A DNA stretch of 60,485 nucleotides, taken from Chiloscyllium plagiosum (taxonomy: Eukaryota). The stretch covers positions 94,593,674 to 94,654,158 of the forward strand of contig NC_057719.1 in assembly GCF_004010195.1 (NCBI RefSeq). Reading direction: 5' to 3'. Shown piece by piece: positions 53,201 through 60,247 of the stretch; position 1 is the first letter of the stretch; each line of letters starts with the position of its first letter. The translations under genes were made by a program, and so were the position numbers. The notes under the pieces are model-generated. The model was not told where the DNA came from and did no database searches. It saw only the letters and a list, made by a program, of their open reading frames with translations.

Positions 53201-56200
53201 ATGGTGGTTAGTGGGCTAGTGTAGGTTAGGTGGGCTTGGATCGGCGCAACATCGAGGGCCGAAGGGCCTGTACTGCGCTGTATTCTTCTATGTTCTATGT
53301 TCTATGTTCTATGTTAGATGTAACATTGAGGAGGGAAAATAAAACAAGAAGTTGCTCTATTGTGGATGAAGCACAATGTTTGGGTGGATTAAACAGAACT
53401 TCACTCAGTCTCAGCTAGAAATGTCAAGCAATGGCAAAAGTGTGTTGAATGTCACTTTTGATTTTAAAGAAATGCCTTTATAACATTGATTGGTGTATTT
53501 TCAGATTAGTTTTTTTAAAATGAGAATTAATATTGCATTTCTGAATGGTAAATCAATAACCTGTTGCTGAGTACAATGCAGGCAGATTTCTACTTCAGTT
53601 ACATTTAAAATCCTATAACTTAGAATATTTTGAAATATTTTACCAGTCAATGTTTTGTTTCTTTTGTTCATAGATATTCCACACTCTACCTGACCCAAAT
53701 GTTCCTCTTCCTCAACCTGAGCAGAGATCTGGATCGAGACGAAGCAAGGCAACTTGCCTGTCAACAGGCCCAAGAAGACCCAAAGCCATCTATAGCCCAA
53801 CATTGTGTCTAGCTGATGCAGACAGTAAGCATAACATATCGATTAAACCTTTTTTGAAGATCTTTAAAAGTTTGCATTAAAACTGGCCCCATCCTGAAAC
53901 ATATAAACAAAAAATTCAAAATGCTCCTGAATATCTACATTTGAAGAATGCATTGAAAGAGGTTTCTGTTTGTAAAATATTGCTGGTCTATCAGTTTTCC
54001 TTATAAGGAAGATCATTTTCCCCTATAAATTGCATACTTCATCCTCCACATACACCAATCTAGCTGTTGTATGGAAATGTGTGCCTAGAATTGACAAAGA
54101 CTTTCACAGGATATGGGCATCACTGGCTACATCAGCATTTATTGCCCATCCCTAATGGGGTGGTGTGCTACCTCTTGAACTGCTGTACTCCATGTGGCAC
54201 AAGTCGACACACAGTGTAGACGTGGGGGTAAACCCTTCTATTAACTAAACCGAACACTCAGAAAAGCTCACCTCAAAATCTGTTAAAGTATGAGTGACAG
54301 AGAACTTACAAATTCCTCTATTTAAAGAAAATATCAATTCCTTAACTCAAGTGAGCATTAAGCAACAACTATTTGCAACACTAAGCCCCCCTTTCTCTTA
54401 ATTAGTTATTATCTGCTTCTAACTCTATAACAGTATACTGTCACAATAAAAACGTTTATTAAAATTGCATCAACTTAATTTCAAAACCACATAGTGGCCA
54501 TCATCGTCGGTGTCTCTCTTCTGGTTAAAGATCTGCCTGGGTCGTCGTCTTTGTTTTACTGCGACTATTTTTATATAACAAGTCACCTTTGATAGAGAGT
54601 GTTTGGATCTCTCTCAATGACAATTACTCTCTCGATGGCAGTTACTCTGTCTAACTTTCAAACTGCCTGCCTTTTTCTATACCCTCAACACCGGACTGTC
54701 TCATTGGTTTTATGTTGGGAAAACGTTAATTCAAACTTGATTGGGTTTTAGTATTCTGGGCTGAAAATGTGTTGCTGGTAAAGCACAGCAGGTCAGGCAG
54801 CATCCAAGGAACAGGAGAATCTTATGCCCGAAACGTCGACTCTCCTGTTCCTTGGATGCTGCCTGACCTGCTGTGCTTTACCAGCAACACATTTTCAGCT
54901 CTGATCTCTAGCATCTGCAGACCTCACTTTCTCCTTTTAGTATTCTGGGGCATAGTTTAAATGGAAAGGTTAAATTTGAATTGTTGTCAGAACAGCAACC
55001 AACTCAGGTATCTATTTCAAATCTAAATATTACTTATTTTCAATTTTCCAGTACGCTCTGGGACTGCTAGTTAGTCTTATGACAGGTACTTGTAAGTTCT
55101 CGGTACAAAACAGCAGCCACACTGTTTTAAAGGTACAGTACACACGTTCAACTTCATAACCGTATAATGGGAGGGAGTTCCAGGACTTTGACCCACTGAA
55201 AGTGAAGGAATGGTGATATAGCTCCAAATCAAAATGATATGTGGCTTGTAGGGGAACTTGCAGTTAATGGTTTCCACGTTTCTGCTGCTATTGTCCTTCT
55301 AGCTGGTGAGGGCAAGACAAAGTAGGTTTTCCCTCTTCTTGACTCAGTCACCACCTGTCATCAATGTCCCCTCTAAGCCATGCATTTCCAGTTTTGGACG
55401 TCACTACTGCACATGGACCTTGGAGGCTGTGCAGCTAGAAATAAAATTAGAGGGAATGCTATCTACTGTAGGTCCAGGTTAGCAGCTCTGTCCTTTCGGA
55501 CTGGACCAACTCAGGCAACCATAGTGGTATCAAATGAGTTTTAATGATGGACAGTGAAGTACAGTATATTCTGTGCTCTTACTGCTTGCAGTGCGCCCTA
55601 TTTAATATGGAGGAAGAACTGATTCATCTGTGCTAGAGTAGGAGAAGGATACCGGGGATAGGTACTAATCAGCAGGAGATTCTTACCCATATTTGACCTG
55701 ATACTTTGAGACTTCATTTAGTCATCAGTCAATGTTGTGGATGCCCAGATCAACACTGTCCTGCAATGATGTGGCAGATTGGTGCATTGAAATGTTATGT
55801 CAACAGGTTGAGTCTTCTGCAATGGTATCTAATGGTTCCACGGGCTGAATACTCACTACTCAAGCGGGTAGCTGAAAAAAGGATGTTGTCTGACTTGGCA
55901 GATCTGCCTTGGTTTAAAGCAGTTGATCCAATTTTCACTGGGTGATGGGAAGGATCCCCGGAAGCAGGACCTAGGCAGCTGCAAGAGTGGCCATGTGCTG
56001 AGGCGTGCTGTTAAAAAGGGAGTTTTCTGGGACTCTGTCTCATTTTTAATTAAAAGCAGTAAGGCTTCCTCAGCCTTACTCGCACTTCTTCACTTCCCAC
56101 AACACTCCATGATCTATCATACACTAAAGTGCCAAATCATGCCCCTTTCATGCCCATTGACATAGTACACACTATCCCCATAACAATGACAAATATGGAG

Positions 56201-59200
56201 CTGCTGTTGGAGATAGTGTTCATCTGGAAAAACTCTTTGAAAAAGATGTGTAATTCCTAAAATCCTATAAAGGTATTAATCAGACAGACCATAAAGTATT
56301 AACAATAGAGACTGAAGACATTCACACCTCTTAACTTTGTGACTTTAACAAAAGGGATCACAGAGAGGACAGCATATTATAGCCACTTAAAAGTATTAAT
56401 CACTTCATTTTGCAAAAGGCTTCCCTGCCTAGCTAATGCTATTATTGGTGTGAGGTATGAAATTTAAACTCTATAGTGCCTGTATTTCTGGAGTGATTGG
56501 TGCCAGGTTGACTGAAAAAGGAAGTCTGTATTATACATAGACTTCGAAACTTTGCTGGATGATAAGTTGGCAAAGGCATTAGTGTACCAGAAGTATGTTG
56601 TATAGACAGATTGAAATGTCTGTTAGCTTGTGATACTGATTGTAGGGTAATGCTGCCATTTTGTGACCTCACTATTTCAGCTAATCCTCTCTCAACCTTG
56701 TACATTTAGCAGGTAGAGAGAACACCCATCATAGAATTTAAAAAGATCATCAAGTATTTTCAAAATGGATGCTAATTGATTTCTACCAGTGCTGAATAAG
56801 CTTATAGAACTGCAAGAAGTTCTTTTTAATGTTATTTAGTTCTGGTGAAGTCAACAGGAAGTGTAATCTATGTGTGGAAGCCTTTGGTTGTACCTTAGAG
56901 TGCTAAGAGAAAGTGAGGACTGCAGATGCTGGAAATCAGAGCTGAAAAATGTGTTGCTGGAAAAACACAGCAGGCCAGGCAGCATCCAAGAAGCAGGAGA
57001 ATCGATGAGGCCTGCTGTGTTTTTCCAGCAACACATTCTTCAGCTCTTAGAGTTCTAATCAGAACACATGGAGTGCAGCAAAACAGGGAGGTAGAGCAAT
57101 AGGCAGAGAAGCTTTCTCCATAAGAATAGCAACTAAGAATGAGAAAACCATTGAAAGATTGGAGGAGATTATTGCATGGTTTGACTATCGAGAACAACTT
57201 GTTCGTGATAACAGTCCACAGTGTATATCACAAGTTTATTTATAGCTGAATTCGACATAAATGATTAGCAGAAAGTTTTATTCAGACAATGAAACCTTCC
57301 TTACAGGTAACTCGAAAACAAAAATTACTATCCAAAAGACTGAGCCAATTTTTGTTCATGCACTGGAAGAGAACTCACTCAACAACTGAGAGTTCTCCAG
57401 CCTTGCTCACTGTAAAGCATCAGTTGCACACCACATTTGATTTGCTGAAACTACCCCTGACAAAGACATTGTTAGCATGGAACAACAGAATCATCTTTTT
57501 AATGGGAAAACATTGATGTTTTCCAAAAACGTCAAGACATATTGGCTAGGAAGTGCACTACTGTTGAAAAGTGAGTACCTGCCATCACTATAACACAGCT
57601 GGATGAGTCTCCTACACCATACAGGCAAGAGACGATGGTGCAGACTGACTCTAGGCAAGCAGAACAAATGTGCTGAAGCCAACATTACTTGAGGATCAAC
57701 AAAGAACAATGTCAAATAGAACTGCAAGGCTGCGTTGTCAAGCCTGCTGCACCATTCAACATGATGATGATTGATCACTAATCTCAATTCCATCTTCTTG
57801 CCTGCTTCCCTTGATTTCCTCAGACATGAAAGATTTGTCCAGTTTAGCATTAAATATTTTCATGAATGAGGTACCCATGACCTTCTGGCACAAGAAATTT
57901 CAAAGCTGCACAACCTGGTGCATTGAGGGAGATAGTACCTGACTGGAGAATATTGTGACATTTTGCGAATCTCTGAACATTCAGTCATCTCAGGAAAACG
58001 CAATGATTGATGATGTTCCTAGGAACGCAAAGTTAGTATGCAAGGACAGCAAGGAAGGCCTTCATCACAAGGGGATGGAGTATAAGAATAACAATCATGC
58101 TAGAATTGTGTACCTGACTTGGAGGTGCCGGTGTTGGGCTGGGGTGGACAAAGTTAAAAGTCACACAACACCAGGTTATAGTCCAACAGGTTTATTTAGA
58201 AACACTAGAAACATCAGATGGTTGTCTTGGTGAAGGAGCGTCGCTCTGAAAGGTAATGCTCCCAAATAAGCCTCTTGGACTATAACCTGGTGTTGTGTGA
58301 TTTTTTAACTTAGAATTGTTTTGGCCTTTGACACCTAGGGTACTTGGTGCAGTTTTTGATTCCTAAAGCAAGATGTAGAGTGAAGGATCATTAAATTGGG
58401 AATAATCCTGGATTTAGACAATTTTATGACCTATGATGAGACACTGAGTAAATTAAGCCTATAACTTTGGGATTTAGGAGAATGAAAATGAAAGAGCCTA
58501 TTTTCTAAAAAGTCTCAGGGTTGATACTGAGAGATTGTTTCCCTTGACTGGCGAATATAGAATATGGTCTGAGGGTAGAGAGCTAACCATAAGACGTGGA
58601 AACAAGTCAAATGGTAGTGCATTTCTGGGATTCTCTGTGCCGGAAGGTCATGGATACCTCATTCATGAAAATATTCAATGCTAAACTGGACAAATCTTTC
58701 ATGTCTGAGGAAATCAAGGGAAGCAGGCAAGAAGATGGAATTGACGTCAGTGATCAATCATAATCTTATTAAATGGTGTGGCAGGCTTGACAACTCATAC
58801 AGTCTAGTTCTAATCCTATCATATATATTCTTATGGAAATATCCAACTTTCCATTTTTGATAGTTTGCTGTTTTGACAGGGTTATTTTACTTTACCAATT
58901 AATTATTTTTTATAGTGGTTCCATCAGGAAGATTAGTATTCCTGAAAAAATGTGGATAGAGTTACATTTATTGTTGTATTGAAGTGAAGCAAAATATTAC
59001 ACAGTGGAAGTGTTAACTTTGACAAAAATATTCAAGATAAAAGTGATTTGTCCTCGTCACTATATTAATAATTTTTATATCTTAAGGGGATTATTTTCAA
59101 TTCTTAACAATAAAAGTATGTCAAACTTCTTAAAACCTGGATAGAGATTTTTTATGCCTTAAACCTCATATCTGATCATATACTTGTAATTGGTAATGTT

Positions 59201-59915
59201 ACCTTTTTTATTTTCTGCAATGAAATTTGACATACTGTACATACTCTAATACTAGTTGTTCCTTTTCTCAGGTGATGCTTTCAGCAGCAGCCCAGACAGT
59301 ACACCGATGGGAAGCATAGAGTCTCTGTCCTCTCATTCCTCAGAGATAAACAGTTCCTTGAAAACCAGCTCTTCTCAGCGTCATTTGCAAAGGGAGATAG
59401 GAGACAGTGGAATACCATGGGTGTCAGCACCTGCCTCACTGCCTGGACAAAAGAGCACAATTGTCTGGACGACTAGCCCAGAATCAAGTTCCAGTGAAGA
59501 TACTGTCAAAACAGATGGTCAGGCAGGTTCTCAGAGTTTGTTGTCTGTCAGTAATGTAGGAAACACATCTCAGACATTAAACTTGTGCAGTGAGGGATCC
59601 TATAAATACACTGGACTTAAAAGATCAATAACAACTTCTCTAACATCTCTCCCTACAACAGATGGTAAGTGGTTAGGTAGTCTTTATTATGGTTAAAATT
59701 GCTAATTTTAAAGTTTTAAAAGGCGTTAAAGTCTTTGATTTTTTTCCCCCAGGTACTAATACTAGAACCTTTAGCAGTTCTGTTCAAAATCTTTCTTCAG
59801 TGGATTTCAAAGATACACCCAAAACTGCATCTAACCCAGCACTTCCTCCAAAAGTGACTATTAGACGAAGACTAGATGGATCAACAAACAATGGCTATCA
59901 GAAACCTGGATCAGT
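14180..59915 (+). CDS. ARHGAP42: Rho GTPase-activating protein 42 (GRAF3), partial multi-exon gene (17 internal coding exons)
   Basis: 17 GT-AG exons join in frame (sizes 102,111,105,130,101,107,79,37,63,75,85,59,106,160,151,393,163). Peptides [51 protein letters not shown] and [21 protein letters not shown] match ARHGAP42 as I recall it better than paralogs ARHGAP26, ARHGAP10 or OPHN1. Confidence 0.93.
14898..15348 (-). mobile_element. CR1 3' fragment with internal deletion
   Basis: ORF 15041(-) [41 protein letters not shown] joined directly to the tail. Confidence 0.9.
15496..15606 (+). CDS. ARHGAP42: exon, BAR domain: [37 protein letters not shown]
   Basis: tacag|GCT ... CCT|gtaagt; 111 nt. 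Confidence 0.95.
15612..16200 (-). mobile_element. two degraded CR1 3' ends
   Basis: ORF 15989(-) [11 protein letters not shown]...[10 protein letters not shown]; tail tagaattatagaa. Confidence 0.75.
16200..16440 (+). mobile_element. 3' fragment of a second LINE family whose tail matches the MetaSINE-like element
   Basis: Homologous to 32185-32430, which ends gggcaattaggaatgagcaat...tgaatgaataaaaa, and to 54105-55310 (-). Confidence 0.6.
16441..18433 (+). mobile_element. CR1 LINE ORF2 (RT) to 3' end, about 2 kb
   Basis: ORF 17189..18340 (383 aa) with [29 protein letters not shown]; upstream frameshifted [13 protein letters not shown]. Confidence 0.95.
19217..19291 (+). mobile_element. Penelope family A fragment starting at the hammerhead GAAAC
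   Basis: cccgaaacgtcgaatctcctgttccctggatgctgcctgacctgctgtgc. Confidence 0.75.
19715..19925 (+). mobile_element. DeuSINE-like (SacSINE1/AmnSINE type) relic
   Basis: cattgctgttggtaggaccttgctgtgtgcagattggct...cctacatta...tcattggctgtgaaa resembles the Deu-SINE 3' region as recalled. Confidence 0.6.
20432..20536 (+). CDS. ARHGAP42: exon, BAR domain: [35 protein letters not shown]
   Basis: ccacag|TTG ... AAC|gtaaga; 105 nt. Confidence 0.95.
21608..21705 (+). mobile_element. Penelope-like terminal repeat with hammerhead-like core
   Basis: CTGATGA-AG-AGTC-ACCTA-GACT-GAAA, then gcctgacctgctgtgatttccagca. Confidence 0.65.
22014..22143 (+). CDS. ARHGAP42: exon, BAR end/PH start: [43 protein letters not shown]
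   Basis: ttcaag|ACC ... AAA C|gtaagt; 130 nt. Confidence 0.95.
22774..22874 (+). CDS. ARHGAP42: exon, PH domain: (R)[33 protein letters not shown]
   Basis: gtttag|GA ... TTG|gtaaat; 101 nt. Confidence 0.93.
23350..23940 (+). mobile_element. degraded L2-like LINE 3' part
   Basis: tggaattccctcccgaaa...aaaacctacctttttgaccaaacatttggtcacc...gatgctatacaaatataagttg. Confidence 0.6.
24210..24316 (+). CDS. ARHGAP42: exon, PH domain: [35 protein letters not shown](R)
   Basis: aaatag|AAT ... AG|gtaaga; 107 nt. Confidence 0.93.
25001..25331 (+). mobile_element. Penelope family A 3' end (ORF end, C-rich UTR, terminal repeat)
   Basis: GMNSDFTSF end of ORF, pyrimidine-rich UTR, then 89 bp matching 30011-30099 with one mismatch. 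Confidence 0.85.
25242..25277 (+). ncRNA. minimal type I hammerhead ribozyme motif (Penelope-associated variant)
   Basis: attc CTGAAGA A GGGC-TTAT-GCCC GAAA CG TC gatt; predicted cleavage after C25273. Confidence 0.7.
25350..26740 (+). mobile_element. old degraded CR1 ORF2 with a nested CR1 tail (about 25790-25900)
   Basis: [14 protein letters not shown]...KIANCTKLG (ORF 26104); ccagtcagttta; ccatactttaggaaggat. Confidence 0.75.
27507..27585 (+). CDS. ARHGAP42: exon, PH end: [26 protein letters not shown]
   Basis: ttgcag|A CAT ... CCA|gtatgt; 79 nt; conserved PH C-terminal helix Trp. Confidence 0.95.
28329..29018. mobile_element. older Penelope element with inverted halves (resumes at 30114-30131)
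   Basis: About 28385-28655 (purine-rich) is the diverged reverse complement of 28720-29018 (pyrimidine-rich); hammerhead-like ctgaagaag at both outer ends. Confidence 0.8.
29412..30010. other. assembly gap (599 N)
   Basis: run of N. Confidence 1.
30011..30046 (+). ncRNA. minimal type I hammerhead motif, identical to 25242-25277
   Basis: attc CTGAAGA A GGGCTTATGCCC GAAA CGTC gatt; predicted cleavage after C30042. Confidence 0.7.
30513..30549 (+). CDS. ARHGAP42: short linker exon: [12 protein letters not shown]
   Basis: tttttttcag|ATA ... GAA T|gtaagt; 37 nt; needed to keep phase between neighbouring exons. Confidence 0.9.
30867..31372. mobile_element. Penelope family B hairpin with 11-bp TSD, interrupted by a V-SINE
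   Basis: TSD TAAAAATTTGT at 30856-30866 and 31373-31383; arms gctggaaaagctcagcagg / gctgctgcgctttttcagc. Confidence 0.75.
31006..31302 (+). mobile_element. V-SINE (HE1-like)
   Basis: ggcagcacggtggctcagtggttagcactgctgcctcacag head, V-domain, aatct tail. Confidence 0.9.
31440..31760 (-). mobile_element. degraded DeuSINE-like relic
   Basis: weak reverse-complement similarity to 19770-19900. Confidence 0.4.
31803..32058. mobile_element. Penelope family D hairpin element (102-bp arms) with 16-bp TSD
   Basis: arms 31803-31904 and 31922-32023 with about 2 mismatches; TSD AACTA(C/G)AATGCCTGTT at 31790-31805 and 32059-32074. Confidence 0.88.
31945..31984 (+). ncRNA. minimal type I hammerhead motif
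   Basis: gca CTGAGGA T GTCACCT-AGAC-AGGGGAC GAAA CG TC tgc; stem I gca/tgc; GUC triplet, predicted cleavage after 31981. Confidence 0.72.
33368..33430 (+). CDS. ARHGAP42: exon, RhoGAP start: (L)[20 protein letters not shown](G)
   Basis: tttgcag|TG ... AGA G|gtatga; 63 nt. Confidence 0.95.
33760..33938 (+). mobile_element. Penelope family A terminal repeat, decayed hammerhead
   Basis: attcctgatgaagcgctccggcccgaagcatcgattttcctgctcctcggatgctgcctgacc. Confidence 0.75.
35661..39143 (-). mobile_element. near full-length decayed CR1 LINE (ORF1 esterase, APE endonuclease, RT, tail)
   Basis: ORF 38646 ([17 protein letters not shown]), 38124 ([10 protein letters not shown]), 37882 (YRPPN), 36016 (350-aa RT); catagaa tail at the left end. 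Confidence 0.95.
37895..37912. other. assembly gap (18 N)
   Basis: run of N. Confidence 1.
40342..40416 (+). CDS. ARHGAP42: exon, RhoGAP arginine finger: (G)[24 protein letters not shown]
   Basis: tttgaag|GT ... TTT G|gtaaga; 75 nt; GLYR catalytic motif intact. Confidence 0.95.
41267..41588 (+). mobile_element. V-SINE (HE1-like)
   Basis: head, V-domain, attcta tail; attaatt on both flanks. Confidence 0.88.
42040..42365 (+). mobile_element. MetaSINE-like SINE, copy 2
   Basis: homologous to 1343-1700. Confidence 0.62.
42617..42705 (+). mobile_element. Penelope family D terminal-repeat fragment
   Basis: ggctcactgaggatgttacctagtat...tctgaaaatgaaccttccagctc, homologous to 9523-9610. Confidence 0.75.
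43562..43646 (+). CDS. ARHGAP42: exon, RhoGAP: (A)[27 protein letters not shown](R)
   Basis: cgatag|CA ... AG|gtatgg; 85 nt. Confidence 0.93.
44699..44800 (+). mobile_element. Penelope family B fragment
   Basis: ttctgaagaatggtcactgagcccaaaacattaa. Confidence 0.6.
44801..45520 (-). mobile_element. CR1 3' fragment
   Basis: ORF 44915(-) [13 protein letters not shown]...[12 protein letters not shown]. Confidence 0.9.
45842..45900 (+). CDS. ARHGAP42: exon, Rho[22 protein letters not shown](K)
   Basis: tcctag|A TGC ... GTT A|gtaagt; 59 nt. Confidence 0.94.
46459..46745 (+). mobile_element. V-SINE (HE1-like) ending about 32 nt upstream of an exon
   Basis: head with B box ggttcaattc, V-domain with a small deletion, taatctaatct tail. 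Confidence 0.9.
46778..46883 (+). CDS. ARHGAP42: exon, Rho[37 protein letters not shown](K)
   Basis: ctacag|AA ... AA|gtgagt; 106 nt. Confidence 0.94.
47505..47626 (+). mobile_element. Penelope family A fragment
   Basis: ggtttatgcccaaaacattaactctcctgctcctaggatgctgcctgacc...gcatctgcagtcctcac. Confidence 0.75.
48459..49276. mobile_element. probable solo LTR, copy 1 (about 0.8 kb)
   Basis: starts TGTTAC, ends near AACA, non-coding, colinear with 54215-55160; right boundary approximate. Confidence 0.55.
49697..49856 (+). CDS. ARHGAP42: exon, Rho[56 protein letters not shown]
   Basis: tttcag|A GTT ... AAG|gtagga; 160 nt; [16 protein letters not shown] motif, also visible in ORF 49653..49904. 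Confidence 0.96.
50590..51200 (-). mobile_element. degraded LINE RT fragment (family of 16200/32185)
   Basis: ORF 51074(-) [25 protein letters not shown] resembles the RT motif QGSVLGP..F..FINDL. Confidence 0.65.
51479..51778 (-). mobile_element. V-SINE (HE1-like)
   Basis: reverse complement of the 31006-31302 type. Confidence 0.9.
51922..52270 (-). mobile_element. young V-SINE with a triplicated 5' end
   Basis: CpGs retained; (ccact..gccaccgtgccgc) x3 at 52210-52270. Confidence 0.9.
52950..53312 (+). mobile_element. CR1 3' remnant with a Penelope family D repeat (53048-53172, minus) in place of its middle
   Basis: [11 protein letters not shown] coding segment; minus-strand gca CTGATGA T GTCGCCTAGCCAGGGGAC GAAACGTT tgc; (TTCTATG)n tail like 8145-8286. 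Confidence 0.82.
53674..53824 (+). CDS. ARHGAP42: exon, post-[53 protein letters not shown]
   Basis: tcatag|ATA ... GAC A|gtaagc; 151 nt. Confidence 0.92.
54215..55160. mobile_element. probable solo LTR, copy 2, inside a LINE fragment (54105-54214 and 55161-55310)
   Basis: colinear with 48459-49276; host LINE sequence resumes after the element. Confidence 0.55.
54761..54934. mobile_element. Penelope family A hairpin with 15-bp TSD
   Basis: TSD TTTTAGTATTCTGGG at 54746-54760 and 54935-54949; about 59-bp perfect inverted arms. Confidence 0.88.
56907..57045. mobile_element. Penelope family A hairpin with 13-bp TSD
   Basis: TSD CTTAGAGT(G/T)CTAA at 56894-56906 and 57046-57058; inverted arms. 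Confidence 0.85.
57060..57700 (+). mobile_element. Ty3/Gypsy integrase relic
   Basis: [13 protein letters not shown] (resembles VSDNGPQF), FIQTMK, and [37 protein letters not shown] (ORF 57289; resembles FL..YR.TPHSTT..SPA.L..R.LRT.FDLL). Confidence 0.7.
57734..58794. repeat. inverted pair of CR1 3' ends (57734-57892 minus, 58636-58794 plus) enclosing degraded CR1
   Basis: about 159-bp arms, about 12 mismatches by eye, 68-bp perfect core; the same peptide appears in ORFs 57491(-) and 58678(+). Confidence 0.9.
58110..58310. mobile_element. Penelope-like family C hairpin with 9-bp TSD
   Basis: TSD TAGAATTGT at 58101-58109 and 58311-58319; arms tcacacaacaccaggttatagtccaa / ttggactataacctggtgttgtgtga; decayed core tgaaggagcgtcgctctgaaag. 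Confidence 0.75.
59272..59664 (+). CDS. ARHGAP42: Ser-rich exon: (S)[24 protein letters not shown]...LPTTD
   Basis: ttctcag|GT ... GAT G|gtaagt; 393 nt; ORF 59256..59696. Confidence 0.92.
59753..59915 (+). CDS. ARHGAP42: exon: (G)[53 protein letters not shown](V)
   Basis: ccccag|GT ... GT|gtaagt; 163 nt, after an 88-nt intron. Confidence 0.9.
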
Positions 59916-60247
59916 GTAAGTACTACTTTTGTGAAAGATTCTTTACAATAGCAACTACATTGTCTCAAGTAATAAACATCGAGGCATAACATCGAAGGCT
60001 GAAGGACATGTACTGTGCTGTACTGTTCTAACGCTGCACAAGTAGCCATGAGCTTGGGGACCATCATGCCAGCCAAAGTACAAACTTACATGATGAGCAT
60101 GCACAGCATTTCCAGCATAGCATGGCAAGGGCATGAGTGCAGCTCTGTCATCCTTGCTCCAGAATCATCAGGTCTGCCCAGAACATAATTTGACAAACCA
60201 TGTTGAGACTTGGACTGTTCAGCTTCACTGTCTATTCAACCACAATT

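Noticed and set aside
55840..56160. Possible third Myb/SANT-type relic
   Set aside because: I could not recover the diagnostic motifs in any frame.
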